In this document: positions 18,541 through 26,442 of the stretch, one piece after another
Position numbering within the stretch: position 1 is the stretch's first letter
How the letters are laid out: each line of letters opens with the position of its first letter
Origin: Polyangiales bacterium
Lineage (GTDB): Bacteria; Myxococcota_A; Polyangia; Polyangiales; Polyangiaceae
Length of the DNA: 64,000 nucleotides
Reading direction: 5' to 3'
Assembly (NCBI GenBank): GCA_038230375.1
Contig: JBBRNJ010000041.1
Location: forward strand, 11,635-75,634
Translations under genes and position numbers: made by a program
The notes under the pieces: generated by a model
Databases searched by the model: none
What the model saw: the letters and a program-made list of their open reading frames with translations, nothing else
Told to the model about the DNA's origin: nothing

Positions 18541-20330
18541 TGGGTCCCCTTCGGAAGCGTGGGCGCGCCCAGCGTGAAGACGGGGAGCTCGAACGTGGTC
18601 TTGTCAGCGCGCGAGTTGTCGAGGTCGATCACTTGGATGAAGGATTCCGTGAAGCTCGCGAGGTAGGCGAAACGGTAGCGATGAAGGCCGATGCCCGGCT
18701 GGTGCGGGTCGTCGGGGACGCTGGTGCGCGCGGCCACGTCCTCCATGTCGAACGGGTCGAACGCCATCGAGAACGGCCCCGGTGCCGCGCGGAAGGAGGC
18801 CTCCATGCGCTGGGCGTCCGGGTCGTAGACGAAGAGCGTGGCGGAGTCGAAGCAGACGATGAAGACGCGGAGCGCGTAGTTGCCGTCCTGATCGACGATG
18901 GGCGCGAGATACACCTTCGACGGCCCGGACGAGAGCGGCACGTTGCCGTAGAGCACGAATCGATCGGCGTCGTAGCTGCCGTCGTCCGCCGAGCCGCCGA
19001 GCTCACCGACGAGCAGCGCCGCGGGCGAGCGATTCGCAATGAAGATGCGCGCGGGCGTGCGCGCGCACGCTTGCATCTTTGCGACGTACACCGGGTTGGT
19101 CGGATCGGCCGGCTTCACCGTTGCGCGGACCTTCGCCTTGCATGCAAGCCGCGGCGAGCGATCGATCGCTATGCCCCGCGAGTCCGTGCCCGCCGAGCTG
19201 GCGGTGACACCGAACTTCGCCTCGTCCAGGAGGAACGGGCGGCGAAGCGTGGGCAGCTGCGTGGTGCCGTCGTCCGAATAGTAGCGAAGGCGGTGGACCT
19301 CGGGCGCGGCGCGGGTGGTGAGCAGGAACGCAGGCCGCGGCGACTTGCACGAATCGTCGAAGCAAGTGAGCGCGCGATCGTGCGGGATGTTGAACACGCC
19401 GTTGCCGCCGATCGGCAGGCCGTCGAGCACGTACTCTATACCGGGCACCGTCACGTCGCCCACGGCGCCAAGGCCGGCGGTGAAGAGGCTCGCCTTGGTG
19501 TCGGTCTGATGCGTGATGACCAGCGCCTCGCCGTCCTGCGACTGCGCCATGCCGAACGGCTCACCCGGCATCGTGATCTCGCGCGTGTTGCCGGGCTCGC
19601 CGCCGCTGTTGCCCGCGCTGTGACCGCCGTTGCAGTGGCCGTTGTTGGTCTCGGCTCCGCAGTTCAGTTTGAACACGTTGGCGGCGCTTTGCGGGTCGTC
19701 GACGGTGAGGTCGACCCAGGTCACCGAAGCGTCGCCACGCACGGGCACGAACAGGCGTGTGCCGGCCGCGTTGCACGAGGTCTCCCGATCGTAGCGGGTA
19801 TCCTTGGGGGTCTGCACGGGTGCCTGCTCGCAACGAAGCACCTGCAGGTCCGTCGCGAACGCGCCGATGGTGACGGAGTCGCGAACGTACGCCGTCGAAT
19901 CCACCGGCGGCGCACACGTCTCGCCGAGCGGCTGGCGCGTGCCGGTCCCGTCGGTCCGGTACACGGGCGGGGGCGCCGGCGTTCCGTCCGGGTTCGTGCA
20001 GGGATTGTCATCAGGCTCTCCCGACGCGCGTGCGGGACGTAGGAGCGGAAGCTTTGGATCGCTGGGATCCTTGATCGCGAGGAGCACGTCCCGCCGGATC
20101 AGGTTCAGATCGTAGCTCTGGATCGTGCCGCCATTGTACTGGAGGTCAAAGTCCGAGTTGGCGACGTAGAGGACGTTGCCGCCCCTCGATACGTCGAGCC
20201 CCACCGGGAAATAGAGGATGTTCGGCGGCGGGGCCGAGCCGCTGCCTGCCTGGTAGCAAGCCGCGACGATTCCGGCGACGCCCACCACGGGAAGCAGCCG
20301 CGCAAACGCGACACGCAAAAGCCAAGTCAT
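18537..20330 (-). CDS. YncE-like beta-propeller lipoprotein
   Basis: Lipobox VAAC; FPVGLDVSRGGNVLYVANSDFDL, RGIAID, IFIANR, GPFSMAFD blade motifs. Confidence 0.75.
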   Translation of the reverse strand: MTWLLRVAFARLLPVVGVAGIVAACYQAGSGSAPPPNILYFPVGLDVSRGGNVLYVANSDFDLQYNGGTIQSYDLNLIRRDVLLAIKDPSDPKLPLLRPARASGEPDDNPCTNPDGTPAPPPVYRTDGTGTRQPLGETCAPPVDSTAYVRDSVTIGAFATDLQVLRCEQAPVQTPKDTRYDRETSCNAAGTRLFVPVRGDASVTWVDLTVDDPQSAANVFKLNCGAETNNGHCNGGHSAGNSGGEPGNTREITMPGEPFGMAQSQDGEALVITHQTDTKASLFTAGLGAVGDVTVPGIEYVLDGLPIGGNGVFNIPHDRALTCFDDSCKSPRPAFLLTTRAAPEVHRLRYYSDDGTTQLPTLRRPFLLDEAKFGVTASSAGTDSRGIAIDRSPRLACKAKVRATVKPADPTNPVYVAKMQACARTPARIFIANRSPAALLVGELGGSADDGSYDADRFVLYGNVPLSSGPSKVYLAPIVDQDGNYALRVFIVCFDSATLFVYDPDAQRMEASFRAAPGPFSMAFDPFDMEDVAARTSVPDDPHQPGIGLHRYRFAYLASFTESFIQVIDLDNSRADKTTFELPVFTLGAPTLPKGTQ

Positions 20331-20422
20331 GACGCGCGGCACACTAGCGCCATTTCGTCGGGGATCGCACCGAAAATACGGCGTGAAGCAGAGCCGTGGC
20401 GAGCGTCCTTGCCGTGGTCAGC

Positions 20423-20878
20423 TCAGGGAGCGGGATAGTGCTGGCAGGTGCTGCGGTGATGCTGGTAGCCGTACCAGGCATTGCGGCCCTGCCTCTGCCA
20501 GATCTCGAGGGCGCAGGCGGTGTTCGTGGCGGGATCGAACAGCTCCGACGCCTTGCTCGCGCAGCTCGAGTCCTGAAGGTGCACGCTATTGATCTGGAAC
20601 AGGCCGTAGTCCGTGGTGCCGTTCTTGTTGTGGCCCTGCGCGCGGTCGAAGAACGAGGACTCGTACTTCGCGGTGCAGACCATCGGGCCGATCTCGGACT
20701 CGGGGAAGCCGGCGGTACGGAGCAGGTCAGCGACCTCCGAAGGCGCGAGCTGGTTTCCGGCCAGGAGCGACTGCTCGTCCGTGGCCTGGGCCGTGTCCTC
20801 TGAGGAGGATGCATCCGCGGCACAGCCTGCGACAAAGGAGAGGAAGGCGACGGCACCGAGCTGGGAGAGGAGCTTCAT
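20423..20878 (-). CDS. Lysozyme-like (c-type/GH22-resembling) lipoprotein
   Basis: Lipobox VAGC; MVCTAKYESSF...NKNGTTDYGLFQINS...NTACALEIW..QGRNAWYGY matches the lysozyme c signature with both catalytic Glu and Asp. Confidence 0.85.
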   Translation of the reverse strand: MKLLSQLGAVAFLSFVAGCAADASSSEDTAQATDEQSLLAGNQLAPSEVADLLRTAGFPESEIGPMVCTAKYESSFFDRAQGHNKNGTTDYGLFQINSVHLQDSSCASKASELFDPATNTACALEIWQRQGRNAWYGYQHHRSTCQHYPAP

Positions 20879-20896
20879 TGGGAGGTGCAACCCCTC

Positions 20897-20914
20897 TCGC
20901 AATCCTCGTACCAA
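20897..20914 (-). promoter_or_regulatory. Putative sigma54 (-24/-12) promoter of the lysozyme-like gene
   Basis: Minus strand TTGGTACGAGGATTGCG: GG-N10-GC, close to consensus TGGCACG-N4-TTGC, about 20 bp upstream of the ATG. Confidence 0.6.
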
Positions 20915-21089
20915 GACCTACAGTGCGCTCACGTCCCTACATTCGCAGAATTGGGGGGTGATTGCTCTCAAAAAGACCCATCCCATGGATTCAGCCCCTG
21001 GATCGCATGTTCCAGGCGAAACGGAGAAATGTGAGGAGCACGAGTCCTGGGTCTCAACCTCGACCCCGACATCGACTTCGACTACCCGG

Positions 21090-21269
21090 TCAGAGCTCCA
21101 GAATGATCACGCCTCGGTTTTCCTCATCCGTTTCCTCTCGACGGGGACCCATGGGGGCCATCGGGGACATGGGCGGGGGAATGGGCAGGTCGAGCTGGGG
21201 CTGCTCATAGCGCGCCCGCTCTTCCTCTTCACGCTTTCGGATCTGTTCGATGATGAACGGAGGGAGCAT
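21090..21269 (-). CDS. Small 59-aa protein missed by the ORF track
   Basis: MLPPFIIEQIRKREEEERARYEQPQLDLPIPPPMSPMAPMGPRREETDEENRGVIILEL*; AGGAG Shine-Dalgarno 6 nt upstream. Confidence 0.8.
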   Translation of the reverse strand: MLPPFIIEQIRKREEEERARYEQPQLDLPIPPPMSPMAPMGPRREETDEENRGVIILEL

Positions 21270-21371
21270 CGGATACTCCTACGGCACTTGGGGGCTACCC
21301 CGGTCTGGAGGCAACCCGCGTAGAACCTACTTCCTCAAAGACGGCCGGGATTGACGATCCCTTCAAAGATC

Positions 21372-21399
21372 AACGTAGCAATCGTGTTGGGGGGGTCAA
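21372..21399 (-). promoter_or_regulatory. Putative sigma70 promoter for the small protein gene
   Basis: TTGACC-N16-TACGTT with TG extended -10 (TGcTACGTT). Confidence 0.5.
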
Positions 21400-21568
21400 G
21401 TCCGCGTGCGTCAGGTGGGGTTGCCAGGAGCGGCTTCTTGGATGCCGCAGTAGAGCGCGTGGTTTTGACCGCCCAAAGAGGCGGTTGCGGTACGCTGCAC
21501 GCTCCTTGTATTCGCTGTCCTTGCTGCAGGCGCCGCATGTGCGTCGCTCCAGAAGCCACCCAGGAGCG

Positions 21569-22885
21569 GTGAGCCATCGGCGTCCTTCGTGGCTGCCGTG
21601 GCTGCTCCTTCTGGTTGCGCTCACGTGGACGCATGGGGCCGCGGCTGCGCCCTTCGACCTCGGCGGCCACGACTGGGAGGGATGCGCGGACTTCGCCGAC
21701 CTAGCGCGCGCCGAGCTAGGGGCACGCGTCATCATCACGAGCACGATCGACCTGCACGACCTTCGTCCAGAGGACGGGCTCATCCTCATCTACCCCGAGC
21801 GCACCATGGACGACGAGGGGCTGTCGCAGTTCATGCGCGCTGGCGGCCGCGTGATCCTGCTCGACGACTTCGGCTCCGGCGATGGCCTGCTGACCCACTT
21901 CCAGATAGAGCGCATTCCGATCCCGGAGCGCCCCGCAGAGACGCTGCGACGCAACCCGAACCTCGCCATCGCGGAGCCCGCCAGCCCGCACCCCGTGGTC
22001 GCGGGTGTGTCGCGCGTCGTCACGAACCACGCGACGGGGCTCGCGCACCCCGAGCTCTCGCCCATCCTCAAGATCCGCGGTCGCGGCGAGCCGGACGTCG
22101 TCATCGCCGTCGCTGGCGCCGTGCAGCAAGGGCGACTGCTCGTCGTGGGCGATCCGTCGATCATCATCAACTCGATGCTGCGCTACGCCGGCAACAAGGA
22201 CTTCGCGCGCGGCCTTCTCCGCTACGCGGTCGAGGACGACTCGTGGGGAAAGCGTGGCGGCCGCCTCTTCATCGCGTCAGGCAAGTTCGAGCAGCGCGGC
22301 AGCTTCGCCGGCGAGAGCGCGCTGGACACGCAGCTCCGTGACGAGCTCCGCGCCCTGCGCGATCTGGCCTTCGCCATGCGCGCCGGAAACGCGCCACCCG
22401 GGCTCCTCTTCGCCATCGCGATCGCCATCGCGCTCTCCCTGGGTGGCTGGCTCGCCATGCGCGCGGGCCGCCTTCACAAGGCCACCACGCCGCGCTTCAC
22501 GCGCCGCATTCCGCTCGTCGCACAGGGTGGCGTGGCCGGGCACGCCGCGGTGATCTCCTCGGCGGGCACGTCGCGCGTCCTGGCGTTGTTCGAGCTGAAG
22601 AGCGCCCTCGAGGAGCGGCTCACATCGCTGCTCGGTCTGCCCGAGCTCCCGTCGCAGCGCGAGCTCATGAAACAGGTAGAAGAAGCCGGTCTGCTCTCGC
22701 GCGACGAGCTCGCCGCGCTCAAGGGCGTGAGCTTACGGCTTGCAGAGGTGGAGACGATCGTGATTTCGTCTCGGCTCGAGGCCTTCGCGAAAGTGAAAGA
22801 CGAAGAAGTGAGAAAGATCGCCCGCATCATCTTCCAGATCCTGGGCTCCGCAGAAGACCGCAAAAAAACCGGAGCAAGAGCTTGA
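21569..22885 (+). CDS. DUF4350-like exported/membrane protein
   Basis: GTG after AGGAG; signal peptide; GGRVILLDDFG, GRLLVVGDPSIIINSML; TM helix; lies upstream of MoxR. Confidence 0.75.
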   Translation: MSHRRPSWLPWLLLLVALTWTHGAAAAPFDLGGHDWEGCADFADLARAELGARVIITSTIDLHDLRPEDGLILIYPERTMDDEGLSQFMRAGGRVILLDDFGSGDGLLTHFQIERIPIPERPAETLRRNPNLAIAEPASPHPVVAGVSRVVTNHATGLAHPELSPILKIRGRGEPDVVIAVAGAVQQGRLLVVGDPSIIINSMLRYAGNKDFARGLLRYAVEDDSWGKRGGRLFIASGKFEQRGSFAGESALDTQLRDELRALRDLAFAMRAGNAPPGLLFAIAIAIALSLGGWLAMRAGRLHKATTPRFTRRIPLVAQGGVAGHAAVISSAGTSRVLALFELKSALEERLTSLLGLPELPSQRELMKQVEEAGLLSRDELAALKGVSLRLAEVETIVISSRLEAFAKVKDEEVRKIARIIFQILGSAEDRKKTGARA

Positions 22886-23856
22886 ACGCGTCGAATCCAG
22901 CTGCTCCGAACGAGGTCGCGGCGGCCAAGGAACGGATGGAGGACCTCCGGCGGGAGGTGTCTCGCATCTACGTGGGGTCCAACCGCGCGCTGGAGATGAT
23001 GCTCATCGCGCTGCTCGCGCGAGGCCACGTCCTGCTCGAGGGCGTGCCCGGCGTGGCGAAGACCACGCTCGTGAAGGCGTTCGCCACCGCGCTGGGGTGC
23101 AGCGCGCGCCGCATCCAGTTCACGCCGGACCTCTTGCCCGCGGACATCACGGGCACGTATGTGCTCTCGCCGCGTGAAGGCACGTTCACGCTGCGCGCTG
23201 GCCCCATCTTCGCGAACGTCGTCCTTGCCGACGAGATCAACCGCGCGCCCGCGAAGACGCAGTCCGCGCTGCTCGAGGCGATGCAGGAAAGGCAGGTCAC
23301 CATCGAAGGCGACCGGTTCGAGCTGCCGCTTCCGTTCCTGGTGCTCGCCACGCAGAACCCGATCGATCTGGAGGGCACCTATCCCCTCCCCGAGGCGCAG
23401 ATCGATCGCTTCCTCGTGCGCGTGGGCATGGGCTACCCCAGCGCAAAAGAAGAGGCGCAGATGCTCAAGACCCATGGACAAGATCCACCGGTGCTGCGTC
23501 CGGTGCTCGCGCCGCAGGACATCGCCCAGATGCAGGCGATCAGCGCGCGCGTCCACGTCGAGGAAGATCTCTTCGACTACGCGGTGGCGCTCACGACCTT
23601 CACGCGCACGCACTCTCGCGTTGCGCTCGGCGCAAGCCCGCGTGCAACGCTGGGTCTGGTCGGGGCGGGCAAGGCGTCCGCACTGCTCGCGGGCCGCACG
23701 TTCCTGGTCCCGGAGGATCTCCGCAACGTCGCGTCGTTCGTGCTCTCGCACCGGCTCGTGCTCACGGCAGACGCGGAGACGGATCCGCGCGCACGCGAGC
23801 AGATCATCGACGAGGCGCTCGCCCGCGTGAGCTACCGCCGCGGTCAGCGAGGCTGA
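22882..23856 (+). CDS. MoxR family AAA+ ATPase
   Basis: GHVLLEGVPGVAKT, RIQFTPDLLPADITG, LADEINRAPAKTQSALLEAMQE, ATQNP, YPLPEAQIDRF. Confidence 0.96.
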   Translation: MNASNPAAPNEVAAAKERMEDLRREVSRIYVGSNRALEMMLIALLARGHVLLEGVPGVAKTTLVKAFATALGCSARRIQFTPDLLPADITGTYVLSPREGTFTLRAGPIFANVVLADEINRAPAKTQSALLEAMQERQVTIEGDRFELPLPFLVLATQNPIDLEGTYPLPEAQIDRFLVRVGMGYPSAKEEAQMLKTHGQDPPVLRPVLAPQDIAQMQAISARVHVEEDLFDYAVALTTFTRTHSRVALGASPRATLGLVGAGKASALLAGRTFLVPEDLRNVASFVLSHRLVLTADAETDPRAREQIIDEALARVSYRRGQRG

Positions 23857-23859
23857 CAC

Positions 23860-25515
23860 GTGCAGCTGCACCCCACCCGGATCACGTTCCACGTTGGCCT
23901 GAGCGGCGTGCTGATGATCGGGGTCGGCGTGGTGTTCAAGCTACCGCCGGTCCTTGCGTTCGGCGGGGCCGTCCTGTTCGCGGTCCTGATCGGCCGCGCG
24001 CTCGCGCTCACGTCGGTCACCAAGATCCGCGGCTCTGGCTTCGAGATGGTGTGGGCCATGCCACGCCGCGTATCGCGCCTCGCGCGCGAGGGCGAGGTGA
24101 CGCTCACGTGCGAGCTCCGCAACCGCGGCGTGGACGATGCGCGCGGCGTGTCGCTGCGCGCGGTCGCCTCGAGCATGCTGGACGTGACCGTGAAGCCGCC
24201 CGAGGTGGACCTGCCCGCCGGTGCACGCGTGGAGATCGATCTCGTGGTCCGCGCCAAGCGTGTGGGTCGCTGGGGCGTGCACGGCGTGGCGCTCGAGGTG
24301 CGCGGCACACCGGTCGGCGGCGAGGGCCTCTACGAGGTGCCGCTGATGTTCGCGAATCCTCACGGCATCGAGGTGTTTCCGCGCAGCCTCCTCACGTACA
24401 TCCAGTCTCCACGCGGCGGCCGCTCCAGGCGCGGCGCAGAGGCAGGTCAGCCCGTCGCGCTCGCGGGCGACAGCGACGAGATCAAGGAGCTGCGCGAGCA
24501 CGTGCCCGGCGACGCGTTCAAGCGCATTGCCTGGAAGGCGAGCGCAAAGCGCGGACAGCTTGTCGTGCGGGAGATGGAGCGCGACGAGCGCGACACCGTG
24601 TGGTTGATTCTGGATGCGTCCGTGGATCTGTGGGCGGGCGACAGCGGGCGTTCGCCGCTCGATTTCGCGGTCGACGAGGTGGGCAGCCTTGCCGCACGCC
24701 ACCTGCTCCGCGGCGATCAGGTCGGCCTCGTGGTGCTCGCTTCGCGCCTTCGCACGTGGCTTGCGCCGTCGAACGGCTCCGGGCATGCGTTGCGGATCGC
24801 GGCGGCACTGGCCAGCGCGGCGAGCATGGTCGACAGCGACCGCACCTCACTGGACGAGGCCGAGCTCGCTCAGCGCGTCGTGGAGCACGCGCGCCCGCTG
24901 GACCCAAGCGGCCTCGCAGATGTCGCGCGCTCCGACCTTGATCGCCTCGCGGCGCGCGCGGACGTGCTCCGCCAGAAGGCGCCGTTCTCGCCACGGCAGC
25001 CGTTCGCGAAGACCTTGCGCGAGCAGCGCCTTCGCCACTATCTCGCGTCGTTCGGCGTGGAGGTGCCTCCGCGCGCGGAGGGAGAGCGTGAGCGCGCCGA
25101 GCTGCTCACTGCGCGCGTGCTCGAGCGCCTGCTCACCGAGAAGAAGCGGCCGAGCGTCATCCACATGTGGGCGCCCGTGCCCACCAAGATGGACGCGGTG
25201 CGCTCCAGCCTGAAGCGCCTGCGAAAGCGCCGCGCCGAGATCCGCTGGACGCTCCCGCTGTACGAGGAGAGCGTTGGTCTTGCCAGCGCATCCGGAGCGG
25301 CGCCACAGCCGTCGGAGAAGCCGTCGGTGAAGGACACGGACGAGATCTCGCAGATCGTGATGGATGCAGTGCGCCTGCGCGCGCGTGCCTCCGAGGAGCG
25401 CGCGGTCGTGATGCTGCGAAAGCTCGGCGTACGGATCCATGTGATAGACCATCGACGCGTGCTCGCTTCATCCTTCCACGAGTCCGGTTCGATCCGCAGG
25501 CGAGGCGTGGCGTGA
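23860..25515 (+). CDS. DUF58 domain protein (MoxR-associated)
   Basis: ELREHVPGDAFKRIAWKASAKRGQLVVRE, WLILDAS, GDQVGL. Confidence 0.9.
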   Translation: MQLHPTRITFHVGLSGVLMIGVGVVFKLPPVLAFGGAVLFAVLIGRALALTSVTKIRGSGFEMVWAMPRRVSRLAREGEVTLTCELRNRGVDDARGVSLRAVASSMLDVTVKPPEVDLPAGARVEIDLVVRAKRVGRWGVHGVALEVRGTPVGGEGLYEVPLMFANPHGIEVFPRSLLTYIQSPRGGRSRRGAEAGQPVALAGDSDEIKELREHVPGDAFKRIAWKASAKRGQLVVREMERDERDTVWLILDASVDLWAGDSGRSPLDFAVDEVGSLAARHLLRGDQVGLVVLASRLRTWLAPSNGSGHALRIAAALASAASMVDSDRTSLDEAELAQRVVEHARPLDPSGLADVARSDLDRLAARADVLRQKAPFSPRQPFAKTLREQRLRHYLASFGVEVPPRAEGERERAELLTARVLERLLTEKKRPSVIHMWAPVPTKMDAVRSSLKRLRKRRAEIRWTLPLYEESVGLASASGAAPQPSEKPSVKDTDEISQIVMDAVRLRARASEERAVVMLRKLGVRIHVIDHRRVLASSFHESGSIRRRGVA

Positions 25516-26438
25516 GCGAAGACAAACCGTCCGCTCCGGCGGACGCGGCGGCGAGCGGTCCGGTGCGCCCCCTCAACGCGCGCGCGCTCCTGCGTGAGGC
25601 GGGTCTGTCACCGAAGAAGAGCTTCGGTCAGAACTTCCTCGTCGCCGACGAGGTGACCGCGCAGATCGCAGCGGCATGCGTCCCCGACGACGAGCGGGGA
25701 CTGGCGGAGGTCGTGGAGCTGGGCGCGGGCGCGGGCGCGCTCACGTCGCTGCTGGTGCTGCGCGCGCGACACGTGACGGCGGTGGAACGGGATCGCGACA
25801 TGCTCCCGATCCTTTCCCGCGCTCTTCTGCCGTTCACCGAGAGCGGCGTCCTCACGCTGCTGGAGGCAGATGCCGCGCAGCTGGACGTTGCTGCGGTGCT
25901 CGGTCCCACGGCTCCGCGCGTGTACTGCGGCAACTTGCCGTATCAGATCACGGGGCGCCTCATCTCGCTCGCATGCATCCATGCGAAGGTGATCGAGCGC
26001 GCGGTCTTCATGGTGCAAGAAGAGGTGTGCGACCGGCTCGTGGCCAAGCCGAACAGCAAGGAGTACGGCGCACTGTCCGTCTTCACGCAGGCCGCATTCC
26101 ACGTGAAGAAGCTGCGCTCGGTGTCGAAGGGATGCTTCTTCCCCGCGCCAGACGTGACCTCCGCAGTCGTCGTCCTCACCTCGCGACGGCCTGCCGTGTG
26201 CGAGGAGACACCCGGACTGAAGTCCGCCGTTTCCCGTGCGTTCCAGGCGCGGCGCAAGACGCTGCGCAACGCGTGGCGCGGCTTGCTACCAGACGCCGAG
26301 CTTCATGCCGCAGCGGAGCGCGCCGGCATCTCGCTCGACGCGCGCGGCGAGACACTGGACGTCACGGCCTTCGCGCGAATGGCGATGGAGCTGGACGGGG
26401 CACGCACGGCGCCCGCGGCTCCGGCCACGTCGGGTTGA
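25512..26438 (+). CDS. rsmA: 16S rRNA m6,2A dimethyltransferase RsmA/KsgA
   Basis: PKKSFGQNFL, ELGAGAG, GNLPYQIT, MVQEEV, FFPAPDVTS, FQARRKTLRN; GTG start overlapping the DUF58 stop. Confidence 0.95.
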   Translation: MSEDKPSAPADAAASGPVRPLNARALLREAGLSPKKSFGQNFLVADEVTAQIAAACVPDDERGLAEVVELGAGAGALTSLLVLRARHVTAVERDRDMLPILSRALLPFTESGVLTLLEADAAQLDVAAVLGPTAPRVYCGNLPYQITGRLISLACIHAKVIERAVFMVQEEVCDRLVAKPNSKEYGALSVFTQAAFHVKKLRSVSKGCFFPAPDVTSAVVVLTSRRPAVCEETPGLKSAVSRAFQARRKTLRNAWRGLLPDAELHAAAERAGISLDARGETLDVTAFARMAMELDGARTAPAAPATSG

Positions 26439-26442
26439 GGCG

